Assembly (NCBI RefSeq): GCF_006345805.1
Contig: NC_043008.1
Span: forward strand, 63,860,001 to 63,924,000
Source: Octopus sinensis
Lineage: Eukaryota
Direction of reading: 5' to 3'
Length of the DNA stretch: 64,000 bases
The notes under the pieces were generated by a model. It had not been told where the DNA came from. It made no database searches and saw nothing but the letters and a program-made list of their open reading frames with translations. Made by a program: the position numbers and the translations under genes. The first letter of the stretch is position 1. Every line of letters starts with the position of its first letter. Below, one piece after another: positions 12,721 to 26,109 of this stretch.

Positions 12721-12787
12721 CCTTCATCTATCATTTATTTTTCACAGGAGATTCCACCATATATACATATACAGACGCAACACACAC

Positions 12788-13820
12788 TCATCATCATCAT
12801 CATCATTATTCAACTGTGGTCGAGACAATGGAATTTACCATGCTACGCCAGACTTCACAGTCCATCATAGCATTACGGAGGTCCTGTTGCTGGATGTCTG
12901 TATCCCTGGAGATTACATCAGGGTACAAGAGTGTGCACCCTATGGTATCGCGAGTAGATGGCTTCCAGAGGAGAAGAGTAGAAATTGCTTCGTTTTCAGC
13001 TCTACAACAATGTCCAGCAAACTGGACTCTCCTACCTTTCACAAGAGATGATGCAGGTGGTAGTTTCCCATATATTTACATTTTGGTTGGATGACGCTTC
13101 CACGAGAGATTTTGAGCTCTCATAAGAAGGTGACTGTCGGTTCCATCCAACCGCTTCTCAGGCTTCTTTGATAACGTCCAGGTTTCTGAGCCATATAGTA
13201 GAATTGGTTTGACTGTGGCTTTGAAGATTTCAAGTTTGAAGTCTCTACTTAGATCTGATGACCAGATCTTATGCATATATATGGTGGCTGCCTCCTCGTT
13301 AGCGAGTATGGCCATTGCACGAAACTTAATCAATGTTGTTATCATGCAATGCCTGTGCAAGAAGATTTTTTTTAAGTGGGGAAAGGCTGTGCACTGAGTC
13401 AATCCCACTCACTAAGCAACAGCAGCCATAATCCGAAAAAAAGAACAAGTCAACATCATCAGTAACCACTGAGCTGCAGGTTTTATATCGGAGTTATCCC
13501 AGTTACCTGAGTTACCTTCTCCTAGAAGGATGTCCTAACAAAGGCTAGGAGACCTTCACTCCCAATGGTTTAACTGCATGATCGGGTATTCAGTCCGATT
13601 ATTTCTATGTCCCCGGGCATGATCCAGCCTTAAGACATTTATTGGATGGCCGTTGACTCTCAAGAGTTCCTTCGCCCTTTGACGGGTTTTGTTTTTCATC
13701 TCGCAGGGTGTCCAATTAACACCCTCCTCACCAAGCAAGCTTGGTGGGGTTGCCAGTTTAGTTGCCGACGACCCGACCATGCAACAGGTTGTACTGGGTT
13801 ACATGTTACCAGTAGCACTC
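12788..13820 (-). mobile_element. RTE-type LINE derivative: 5' UTR joined to the RT C-terminus, (TGA)n tail
   Basis: ORFs 13076-13408 (IFKATVKPILLYGSETWTLSK) and 12806-13042 (RRVQFAGHC) end at ataatgatgatgatg. Upstream is ~400 bp of non-coding UTR-like sequence, with no endonuclease and no core RT. Confidence 0.85.
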
Positions 13821-14269
13821 AAAAGTGATCTGACACTAATGCATATATATATATATATATACATACATACACACACACATATATATATATATATATACAT
13901 ATATACATATATATACGTTTATATACATACATACACACATATATATATATACATATATATATATACATACATACACACACACACAGATTGATTCTTGTTC
14001 TAATCATGATGCCAAGGTTTGCATTATACCTATAAAAGTGAGAGCCTTACTCTTGGCAAGTTTAAGCAAACTTGGCAGGAGTAAAGTGAAGAATCTGTCT
14101 AAATGAGAATCAAAATCAGGAGCCTTGGGATGCAGTATGGCAGATGAAAATTTGATGGTAGAATCAATAAAGAAATGATCAACGGTGAAACATACAAGAT
14201 ATTAGAAGATTGAATAGTATTGATGACTCTGACCACAGTCACCTAGTTCCAAAGTAAAGCATTCAGAAT

Positions 14270-14515
14270 ATGGCAAATGCCAGATAGAGGGTATTCTCTT
14301 GGTTGCACGTCACTGAACGGTTTCCAGACAATTAATATCCTGGGCAAGATAGGGGTTCCAGACCGGTGATGCAAATTCCAGGTGAAGTCGCACCATAGCT
14401 ATATAAAGCCTCAGGTAGATAGCCGGAGAGCGGCTCACAAAGGACTTGGTGAGTGATGCCAAGACACCCTCAGCCTTCTTGGCAATTTTTGTCTTCTCTT
14501 GTTCAGACATTGTGT
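14270..14515 (-). mobile_element. CR1/L2-type LINE RT C-terminal fragment
   Basis: LYIAMVRLHLEFASPVWNPYLAQDINCLETVQ*RATKRIP. Confidence 0.85.
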
Positions 14516-15584
14516 ATCTACGACTACAATATCAAATATGTTCTTTCCTTATAAATTCGGCAATGAATGATTTGAGGAAGGAACAACAGCTATTTCTAGC
14601 AGATTTGAACAGTCTCATAAAAACTTTCTCATTGGCTTGTCTTACACATTTGGAACAAAGTATGTGTGAATGTTTTGTTCAATTTAATATTGGAACAATC
14701 TACTATCTTCACACTAGTTCAATATCCCAGAGAAACCAATTCTTTACTAACATCCAACAGAAATTTAAAACATGTAAACAATATTTTCTATTCTTTTCTT
14801 CTTTTTAAACTCATTTCTATTATTTTATTATTGTTGTTGGTGTTGTTAATATTTTACATACATAACAAAATAGATAGTTATCGTTAAAAACAATTACAGC
14901 AAAAATTCCATTACTAATTTCAAAGAAAGTCTGAAAGCTAGAATGTTATTATAGAATTGGAAAAATCTTTGGGGAAATAGAAGTTTTTCAATAAGAATGT
15001 GGCTAGAAATTGAAGAATCGTCAATAACAAACATAAATATTAGACATGCTTGAAAGTTATAGTTTGCACTACGTCTACAATATGATTGTACTTCATAGAA
15101 CTGTCAGTCACAGTCCACACAAGAATTCATGGCTTACTCCTTTGACATAGTTTATCTGAGTAGTCATATGTAATGATATTCATTTATACTAATATGAAAA
15201 CATTGCTTATAGCAATCGTTAGTTTGAATAATTTCTTGATTTCTTTTAAATGGAAATGTCTATTTATATTATATCAATGAAGCAGATAGGAAGCATACAT
15301 TTTAACAATTTTAGTTTATATGCATACATGCATGCATCCATCCATCCATATGTATATATGTATATAAGCCATATATGACACAAAAATATTTTGATGAACT
15401 TATATTTAGCAATATGAAAATTCCTATAATCACAACAAATTTTGTAACTCAAAAACACATAAATAATTTATATAATTTTCTCTAGTATATTATTATATGT
15501 TCTCTATGGTTTGTACAGGGATACATCAAGGAGCTTTTTTATGAGAACTACCAGATAACTATTTCGTTTTTGGATTTGGTTTGC

Positions 15585-15815
15585 AATATTCTTTGTTTGA
15601 CTTCGTGCGTTGATGTATATTCTGTTGTGTCTGGGGAGAGTCATTTTATTTTTGTGCCTTATAATTTAACACACTCACCAGTAAAATATTATTGAAAAGG
15701 TTGCAAGATGCAACGAACATTTTAGGAAAATAAAAATAAGAAATAAGTGGAAATTTTACCGGTGAGTGTGTTACATTATAAGGTACAAAAAGAAAATGAC
15801 TCTCCCCAGACATAC
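15585..15815. repeat. Inverted pair of the 9.7-kb repeat family with a retained spacer
   Basis: Arms ~15626-15686 and ~15755-15812 flank ttgaaaag-gttgc-aagat-gcaac-gaacattttagg. Confidence 0.8.
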
Positions 15816-15914
15816 TAGATAACTGGAATCTATATATTGCGACTTAAATTTATATATGTATGTATAAATATATATAGGTGAATGTGTGTGTGTGGGCATC
15901 TATCTACCTGTTTG

Positions 15915-15964
<50 letters not shown>

Positions 15965-16033
15965 ACACACACACACACACATATATATATCGCAGAAAAC
16001 GGACGTTAAACGATGATGATGATGATATATATA

Positions 16034-16075
<42 letters not shown>

Positions 16076-16081
<6 letters not shown>

Positions 16082-16202
16082 TAATAAATGCAGCATATAT
16101 TCTTATGAGCTACTAATAGTTTCATGTAATGAAAACGATAGAGATTCATCAGATGAAACTATAAGTAGCTCATAAAAATATATACTGTGTCCATTAAACA
16201 AT
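16076..16202. repeat. ~59-bp-arm inverted repeat, 11-nt loop
   Basis: tattgtttaa...atagtttcatgtaatgaa pairs with ttcatcagatgaaactata...ttaaacaata. Confidence 0.85.
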
Positions 16203-16482
16203 ATTTACCTCTCACAAGATGGGATACATTTTTTGTTGATCTTACCTTCATGGAACAATACATTATATATAATACATATCCGTGTGTGCATGCACATGTG
16301 TGTGTGTGTGTGTTTGTGTTTGTGCATGACCACAGCTTAAAAGCTGAAGCAATTTAAAAAGATACAATGGCCCTTTTGCGATACCCAAACTAACAATAAG
16401 TTGCTAGGCTCTGGAAACTTTTCTCACTGGGTAAATCCGAGTGTCCTATTCACGACTGTACAATTTCCATAGACTAAGTAAT

Positions 16483-16656
16483 AGTATCAATAATGATAAG
16501 GAGAATGGAGATTTTTCATATCCATAATCTTATTTAACAGTTATTTACATTATCTCTACATCATCATGAAACATGTGCAGGTCCTGTAAAGATGATTTAA
16601 ATAAATGTTAAATAAAACTATGGATGTGAAAAATCTCCATTCTTTTATTAATACTA
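16483..16656. repeat. ~60-bp-arm inverted repeat
   Basis: agaatggagatttttcatatccata pairs with tatggatgtgaaaaatctccattct; ~50-nt spacer. Confidence 0.8.
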
Positions 16657-16699
16657 TATATATATATATATATAATATATATATTATATATATATATAT

Positions 16700-16885
16700 T
16701 ATAGATCAGTAGCCACTACACACATTTTTTTCTCTCCTTGTTTCTTTTTGTATTCCTTTCTGTGGAAGAGCGTATGCTCGAAACGTAAAAGACTTTTTCA
16801 ATTCCCGAGCGTTAAACTAATACATCTGTTGTTTTCTACACCACCTGTCTTCGTCTTTTGTTTTTTTCGTGAATTCTCCCTATAT
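16700..16885 (+). mobile_element. Penelope-like tail with minimal hammerhead-type motif (16756-16791)
   Basis: cttt-CTGTGGA-a-gagc-gtat-gctc-GAAA-cgta-aaag. Same family as 34520 and 49920. Confidence 0.75.
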
Positions 16886-17345
16886 ATGTATGTATGTATA
16901 TGTGTGTGTGTGATATACATACACTTATATCTAAATAAAATATATATTTATAGGGGACAGTACAAATCACTATGTGTTATTTTGTTTTAATTGTGCTTTT
17001 TGTTCATTAGGTGTACAAAGAACCTACAATTGTTTTGCATGAAAACAGATGACATCAGAACATAAAAAGTATGATGTGTTTATTGTGAGGTGACTGAGTT
17101 TTCTCAAGTAATCATCCGAGAGATGTGTCGCCCTTGTACAAATAAATGCACAATATCTAGAATTAAAACAGGCGTCAATAGAACATGAAGTATGTTATGT
17201 GTATACTGTAAGAAGCGAGAGTCAACTCAGGAAATCATCTGAGAGCTTTGTGTTCTGTTCATGGTGCATACATGAATGACTACACACATTCACAGGGGCA
17301 CACACAAATGAAAGAATGCTTGCATGAGTACATCTTTTAGTAAAA

Positions 17346-17755
17346 AGGCTTGACTGTGTGGTAAGAAGCTTGCTTCACAACCACATGGGTCCGGTTTCAG
17401 TCCCATTGCATGGCACCTTGGGAAAGTGTCTTCTACTATGGCTTCAGGCTGACCAAAGTCTTGTAAGCGGGTTCAGTAGTTGAAAACTGAATAAAGCTTA
17501 TTATATGTGTGTGTGTGAACGTGTGTGCATGTTTGTGTGTGTCTTTGTGTCTGTGTTTGTCTCACCCACTCTCCACTACTTGACAACCAGTGGTGGTACG
17601 TTTATATCCCCATAACTTAACAGTTCAGCAAAAGCAACTGATAGAATAAGTACCAGGCTTTAAAAGAAGGTACTGGGGTCGATACCTTTGACTAAAATTC
17701 CTTCAATTGTGGTCACAGGCTAATGACTTTATCAAGTGAAAGATAAAAGAAAAGA
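17346..17755 (+). mobile_element. SINE family B, older copy
   Basis: ctgtgtggtaagaagcttgcttc head, internal (TG)n, gatagaataagtacc domain. Confidence 0.8.
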
Positions 17756-18525
17756 TACGTACGTACAGGCCAATAGTTAGTTGAATAGAAAGATAGATGG
17801 GAACAAAGATATATTGATGTGTAGGTGTATGGATAAATAGACAGGCAGAGCAAACATTATGTTTATTGAGAGGCAGTTATATATGCTTATAGATAGAAAC
17901 GTATAGAGTAATAGGAATGAAAAGAATAAGAATACAGGCATATTGGAAGATCAGTGTACAGACTGATGTTTCTACACTTAGATCAGAGAAGAATTTCCCT
18001 CCAGAGAGTTCATGCATTAAAAACATGCGCTTCATGCTGTAAATGGCAACAACAAATTATCAGACACCAGTGTATTTTTTTTTTGTTAAATTTCATGATA
18101 TCGTTTGGTATATGTTATGTTTTTAAAGCCTAAAGCATTCAGGAAGGAATTGTTCTCCCATACAAAATATCCCACAGTGAGCAGCATTTTTTCTGTACTA
18201 AAATGAGTTTTATGTGAATGTAAGCATCATTATTTTGTTCCTCATTGTTTTGTAAGATTATACAGATATATATATATATACATACAAGAAATTACAGGGT
18301 AAATGTTTTTTAAATTTTCTCCTGGTTTACGGAATTGATTTTTATTTGCGGTTGAAGCTTTGGCTGTTATTTCTAGTGGGTGAATGGCCTATTATGGCCG
18401 TTCCTTGATTGTTGATATATATATATATATATAATATATATATATATATATTATATATATACTTTAATTGTTCCACGTCCTCGCGTTGCTGTGTTTTTGT
18501 CTGTGTTTTCTTGTTTGAATTAACT

Positions 18526-18588
<63 letters not shown>

Positions 18589-19012
18589 ATCAAATGATAA
18601 GAAGAAGACAAAAAATTCTTTAACACGTCTTTAACAGTTCGTTGCAATTGTTTCTCTGCCAGCCGTATTTGCAATGCCAGTTTATGCAAAAGTTTTAAGT
18701 GAAGGTTTAAATAATGTTTGCAGTTTTAGGCATTAATTAGAGATGTACTTCATCAGACTTGCATCAAAGGTATGTTGTCATATTGGGCAAGTTCCAGACC
18801 TTCTTTACACACACACACACACACACACACACAAATATCAAGCAGTGAGGATCAGTCACCAACAGCACATTGGTAAATGAATATATTCCTTATTTACAGG
18901 TTAACAAGGCAACCAATGTTTTCATGTCATCAAACCATGAGTTCCTTCATTAATCCACAAATAAAGTATAATATATATATATATATATATTATATATGTA
19001 TGTATGTATATA

Positions 19013-19154
<142 letters not shown>

Positions 19155-19389
19155 TATGTATGTATATATATACATATATATATATATGTATGTATATATA
19201 TACATATATATATATTATGTATGTATATATATACATATATATATATATCTATATATGTATTATATATATACATATATATATATATGTATGTATATATATA
19301 CATATATATATATGTATGTATATATATATACATACATATAATATATATATATGTATGTATATATACATACATATATATATATATGTATG

Positions 19390-19420
<31 letters not shown>

Positions 19421-19428
19421 TATATATG

Positions 19429-19551
19429 TAAGAGGTGGAATATAGCTCATTTGGAGCACTACAACTCCAGTCTGTATTATATCTTGAGTATTGTTATTAC
19501 TAGCTACCTCAAGATATAACTGTGTATTTTGTATTTTATATATGCATATAT

Positions 19552-19585
<34 letters not shown>

Positions 19586-19638
19586 CACTTATGTCTCTAT
19601 GTATATCTACCTATCTGTATGTATTTGTGTGTATGTAC

Positions 19639-19669
<31 letters not shown>

Positions 19670-19805
19670 TGTATATATATATATATATACATATATATAC
19701 ATACATACATATATATATAATATGTACATACATATATATGTACATATATATATATATATATGTACATATATATATATGTACATATATATGTATATATATA
19801 TGTAC

Positions 19806-19855
<50 letters not shown>

Positions 19856-20210
19856 GTACATATATATATACATATATATGTACATATATATATATATGTA
19901 CACTCACGGAGTGGTTGGCGTTAGGAAGGGCATCCAGCTGTAGAAACACTGCCAGATCTGACTGGCCTGGTGCAGCCTTCTGGCTTCTCAGACCCCAGTT
20001 AAACCGTCCAATCCATGCTAGCATGGAAAGCGGACGTTAAACGATGATGATGATGATGATGATGATGTACATAAATATATATATATATATATTATATATG
20101 TACATATATATATATGTATGTACATATATATATGTATGTACATATATATATATGTATGTACATATATATATATGTATGTACATATATATATATATATATA
20201 TATAGTATAT

Positions 20211-20252
<42 letters not shown>

Positions 20253-20466
20253 TATGTACATACACACAAATACATACAGATAGGTAGATATACATAGAGA
20301 CATAAGTGTATATAGATATATATATATATATATCTATATATATATATATGCATATATAAAATACAAAATACACAGTTATATCGTGAGGTAGCTAGTAATA
20401 ACAATACTCAAGATATAATACAGACTGGAGTTGTAGTGCTCTAAATGAGCTATATTCCACCTCTTA
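19429..20466. repeat. ~1-kb inverted duplication with a SINE A fragment in the centre
   Basis: Unique segments 19429-19543 and 19585-19640 recur reverse-complemented at ~20350-20466 and ~20253-20312, with only two mismatches that I could see. Confidence 0.9.
19899..20065 (+). mobile_element. 5'-truncated SINE family A
   Basis: cactcacggagtggttggcgttagg...ggacgttaaac(gat)n. Confidence 0.9.
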
Positions 20467-21050
20467 ATATGAGCGGAGGCAATGCGAGCAGGAACTAAAG
20501 GAACATTATGTTACTTTAGTTCCTGCCCACATTGACTCCCCTCAAATAAGGAAATGGTATATATATATATATATATACACACACACGTATGTGTGTGTGT
20601 AAGTACATATGCATATATATACTTACACACACACTCATCCACACCTAGCTGAAACATTGAAGCTGCAGGAAATACAGTCTGTCTGTTTACTTTCATTTGA
20701 CAAATTTTTTTTTCTTCAATCTCTTACACTTTATTCAAAGTAGACAATATCATGTGAGAAGTGAAAATAGTATAGTAAATGATAATTTCAGTGAAATAAA
20801 TAATAAACAATCACTGATTTTACTATTGTGGAATGTATAAATACATTTATCTATGTTGTTGCATGACCATCAGTCTGTCTATATCTGCGGCTGCTCTTAA
20901 TTTTCTTTGGCAAAAGATAAAGATATGCACAGATGTCTATACACACACTCTCATGTATAATATATGCATATATATAAATACATATATGTATATATATGTA
21001 TGTATATGTATATATATATATATTATATATATATATATATTGTATGTATG

Positions 21051-21083
<33 letters not shown>

Positions 21084-21143
21084 GTATGTATATATATTAT
21101 ATATGTATATATATATATATATGTATTATATATATATAATATA

Positions 21144-21174
<31 letters not shown>

Positions 21175-21259
21175 GTATGTGTATAATATATATATATATA
21201 TGTATGTGTATATATATATATATATATGTATGTGTATATATATATATATATAGTATGTG

Positions 21260-21353
<94 letters not shown>

Positions 21354-21458
21354 GTATATATATATGTATATGTATATAATATATATATATATTATATATA
21401 TGTATATATTATATATGTATATATGTATAGATATTATATATGTATATATATATATATG

Positions 21459-21509
<51 letters not shown>

Positions 21510-21659
21510 GTATAATATATATATATGTATATATTATATATTATATATATATATATATATATGTATATTATATATATATATTATATATATAATAATATAT
21601 ATATATATATACATATGTATATATATATTATATATAGATAGATAGATAGATAGATAGAG

Positions 21660-21697
<38 letters not shown>

Positions 21698-22073
21698 GTA
21701 GATAGATTGATAGATAGATAGAAAGGTAGGTAGATAAATTGATAGACAGATAGATAGATGTGTGTGTGTACAATACACATAATTGTACAAATATATGTAT
21801 TTATATATGTGTATATACATATATCTATATATGCTTGTATATATATATATGAAATAAATATATATATATTTAGAGAGATACATATATACAAATATAGATA
21901 TATATATGTGTGTGTGTGTGTGTGTGCGTGTGCATACTGAGTGATAGATAAATTCATAGATAGGTAGGTAGATAGATAGATACATACATACATACATACA
22001 TATATAGACAGACAGGCAGACAGATAAACAGATAGACAAACAGACAGATAGATACACAGATAGATAGATACAC

Positions 22074-22159
<86 letters not shown>

Positions 22160-22188
22160 AGAGATAGATAGATAGATAGGTATGTAGG

Positions 22189-22237
<49 letters not shown>

Positions 22238-22509
22238 TGATAGATAGATAGATAGATAGATAGATATGAATAGAAATATAGATATAAATATAAATATAGA
22301 TATAGATATATACATATATGTTGTTTTTGTTGGGAATTGTCTTGTTCTTGTTTCGGAAGCCATTCCTCTGTTGAACCGGAAACTATTAGCAAAAGAGACA
22401 GTACTATTTTTTCATTGTTTGAATATATTTTTGTTGTGAAAATTCCAAAAGTCATATTTTCAACAAAAGAATGTCATGTATATATGTATACATGCCAAGC
22501 ATTGGTAGA

Positions 22510-23060
22510 TGCCAACATGGCTTTTTGGTTAAGAGGTTCATTTCCCAAGAACATGGTTTCTGGATCTCTTCTACCTTGAGGCACCTTCAGCAGGTGACTT
22601 ATGTTAAAAATCTGAGTCAACAAAAGTCTTGTCAGTGGATTTGGTAGGTGAAAACTGAAATGTTACCACACCGGCCGGAATGCTTAGCAGTATTACGGCT
22701 GCCGCTACGTTCTGAGTTCAAATTCTGCTGAGGTCGACTTTATCTTTCATCCTTCCGGCATCGATTAAATAAGTACCAGTTACGTACTGGGGTCGACATA
22801 ATCAACTTAATCCGTGTGTCTGTCCTTGTTTGTCCTCTCTGTGTTTAGCCCCTTGTGGGAAGTAAAGAAATGGGTATTTCATCTGCAGTCACGTTCTGAG
22901 TTCAAATTCCGCCGAGGTTGACTTTGTCTTTCATCCTTTTGGGGTCGAAAAATTAAGTAACAGTTACGCACTGGGATCAATGTAATCGACTTAATCCCTT
23001 TGTCTGTCCTTGTTTATCCCCTTGTGGGCAATAAAGAAATAGGAAACTGAAAGTATCCCT
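22510..23060 (+). mobile_element. Old SINE B interrupted by a tandem dimer of SINE C
   Basis: gaaactgaaa-like TSD at ~22651 and ~23043 around two SINE C units (22665-23040). Confidence 0.75.
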
Positions 23061-23241
23061 TCAATTATACATGCACACACACACACACATTATAACTTGG
23101 TTTCTCAACCACATAGTCTCAGGCTCATCTACACACTGTAGAATCTTGGGCAAGTGTCTTGAACTATAGACTTTGGCTGACCAAAGCCTTGTGAGTGGAT
23201 TTCACAGATGGAAACTGAAAGATGCTTGTGGTATATATATT

Positions 23242-23283
<42 letters not shown>

Positions 23284-23342
23284 TATATATAGATATATAT
23301 ATAGATATATATATATATATATATACATAGAGAGAGAGAGAG

Positions 23343-23439
<97 letters not shown>

Positions 23440-23677
23440 TTCTGCCTTCTCAGTTTATTTCACGTTTCTTCTAATATTTATTTCTTTAGTTCATCATATG
23501 TTTGAGTTCCCTCAACATAACATATGAAACTATTAATAATACTTTGATACATCTGTTGTGACCTTAAATAAATAATATTTATCTCTCACCAGATGGAGTA
23601 CTTTATTTGTTGAATTTTCTACCACAGAACTGTATATTATATATATATATATATGGAGAGAGAGAGAGAGATATTGT

Positions 23678-23956
23678 TGTGGAGAGAGTCATGTCACCCC
23701 TTATGAGAACAGATTTGACTGAACGACTTCAAATAGTAGCGGTCCGAGTGAGAGACAGAGAGAGTAGGCGTTAATCACAGCAAGTCATAACGTGTTGCTT
23801 TGGTAGTTCGTCGGAATATCATTTGTTGGTTCGTGTATAGTTTGTAGAGAGTTTGTTGGATTGTTACGTTGTTGTAACCCTGCTTTGTTATATGCTTATT
23901 GTTATTACACGGTTATAGTGTAAACAAGTATCGTCATTAATAATGGCAATACTACA
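23678..23956 (+). repeat. 5' LTR
   Basis: tgtggagagag...atactaca, followed by PBS taattggtgacgagg (23957-23971). Confidence 0.85.
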
Positions 23957-24835
23957 TAATTGGTGACGAGGATTCGCAGTTCACGCAGGTCAGTTGACAA
24001 ATGTTTGTGATACAAAGTTGCTAATTATAGAAGACCTATAAGCTTCTATAATATAGTTTCGCCAACAACTACAACAGGAGTGCAAAAGTAACGGTACTCA
24101 AGAGTCGAACAACAGTGTTCAGAAGTCGAACAACAGTACTCAAGAATTGAACGGCAGTTGCTGGAATAAATGAAGAAATCCGGAAACACTATAAGCTCAT
24201 TTTTGCCAGACGACGTATCGAACTCTATAACAGAATTCAGTCATGACCCAGAGGAGGGCATAACGTTTGTAGCGTACTTTAGAAGGTACGAAGAAATTTT
24301 CGGGGAAGATTGTATGTTGTGAATGGACAACGAAAAAGCAAGACTATTATTACGTAAATTAACGTCGGCTGAACATGAAAAATATTGTAATTTCATACAA
24401 CCCTCAAAACTAGTGAAATTTGTTTCCACGAAACAGTCGAACTACTATAAAAAATATTCAGTAATAAGAGTTCCTTCTTTAACACTCGATGGGAGTGTTG
24501 GAATCTAGTTAAAAGAGAGGATGAAGATTTTGTCACGTAGGACACAAGAGCTCACTCACATTGCATAGCAAATTTAGGAAGGTTGAACATAAAAAAATCT
24601 TAAGCTTTCTCAACGGAAAATAGAAGCGACACCAAAAGGAGGAAATTTGTACATGTAAATGTAAAAGAAGTGAATATTGAATTACAACTAGATTCTGGTA
24701 GTGACATCTCGATTATTAATACCGGCACGTGGATAAGAATTGGAAAACCGAAGAAAAACATCAATAATTGCACGATGCATGACAGGTGAAAAACTACACT
24801 TCGTAGGCGAAATATGATGTAATATCACATTTCGG

Positions 24836-26109
24836 GGATCTTTTCCTTTTGATAGCCAGATTTCAACATAATTTCTAGTTAACTAAACACTTTAAAACTT
24901 CGTATACTGGTAGAATGTGTCAAAAGAAAACATTATTTTCACTTGGCTTTTTTGATAAATTTGTAATTCGTTTGTTTAACGTAGTTTAATTTTTCGAATT
25001 TTAACCAATCCTATGCTCTCTTTTGAGCTGAAATCATTTGCTGCGTTATCGATATGGATAAACAAACGAGGAGAGTTGTGTTGGCATGTGCTAGAAACAA
25101 CAGCCATATCTCTTAAATCGATGAATTTCGTCGCCCAATAAAAATATTAACGATATTTTTTGAATATTTTCTTTATTTTTTTTAATCAAAAAGGCTTCTC
25201 CCGTGGTTTTGAAGGGCCAAAAACAACAAAAACAAAACAATAATATGCCTAAATCGGTCTAGAGTGGGATATGAGGGTGCGTGGAGTGTGGGTCGTATTG
25301 TAAAAATTTGCGAAATATTTTTTCATAAAAGGATGTCCCAGCTTGTCGGAGGCTGTGATATAAATTGGGGAAAAAATCCTTGACACCAGTGCGTAATTGG
25401 TACTTAATTTATCGACCCCGAAACGATGAAACATTGACCCCCCATTTCTGATTTATTTACCTTCTGTGTAAATTTGTTCCGGCAAGGGGCTCTATCGACA
25501 CCAGTGCGTGCGTAACTGGTATTTAATTTATCCCTAACCTTAACCCTAAACCTAACCCTAAGCCTAACCCCTAACCCTAAACCTAACCCTATCTCGTGAC
25601 AGCCTTCCGGCATCGGTCGCTAGCTTTGGTTAGGTTTAGGGTTAGTGGTTAGGTTCAGGGTTAGGTTTAGGGTTAAGGGTTAGGTTTAGGGTTAGAGTTA
25701 GGGATAAATTAAGTACCTGTTACGTACTGGAGCTTGTCTAAGCAACGGCAATAATTCGTTATCGATATTGATAAATAAACGTGAATTTACTAATAATCGT
25801 AAAGAAAAAAAATCCCACCGTGGGGCCGGTAGGTTAGCCTGATATCGAACTCACGAACGCTACATTACGAACAAAACGGATGTTGTCTCAGTTTTTAGAC
25901 GCAGCAAATGATTTCAGCTTAAAAGAGAGCGTAAGATTGGTTAAAATTCGAAAAATTAAACTACGTTAAACAAACGAATTACAAATTTATCATAAAAGCC
26001 AAGTGAAAATAATGTTTTCTTTTGACACATTCTACCAGTATACGAAGTTTCAAAATGTTTAGTTAACTAGAAATTGTGTTGAAATCTGGGTATCAAAAGG
26101 AAAAGTTCC
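24836..26109. mobile_element. Non-autonomous TIR DNA transposon, Merlin-like
   Basis: 211-bp TIRs (24836-25046, 25899-26109; about 9 mismatches), termini GG...CC, and an 8-bp TSD CATTTCGG (24828-24835, 26110-26117). Removing it restores the protease reading CNITFRGK...KVFVVKNATNLFGTDW apart from small indels. Confidence 0.85.
25501..25730. repeat. Hairpin of inverted telomere-like arrays
   Basis: (CCCTAA/ACCTAA)n at ~25532-25590, a ~40-nt core, then (TTAGGG/TTAGGT)n at ~25628-25703. Both arms are capped by SINE-C-like ccagt...actggtatttaatttatc. Confidence 0.9.

Noticed and set aside
25532-25703. True telomere or chromosome-fusion site
   Set aside because: The arrays are short and degenerate, sit inside a TSD-bounded transposon, and have polarity opposite to an end-to-end fusion.
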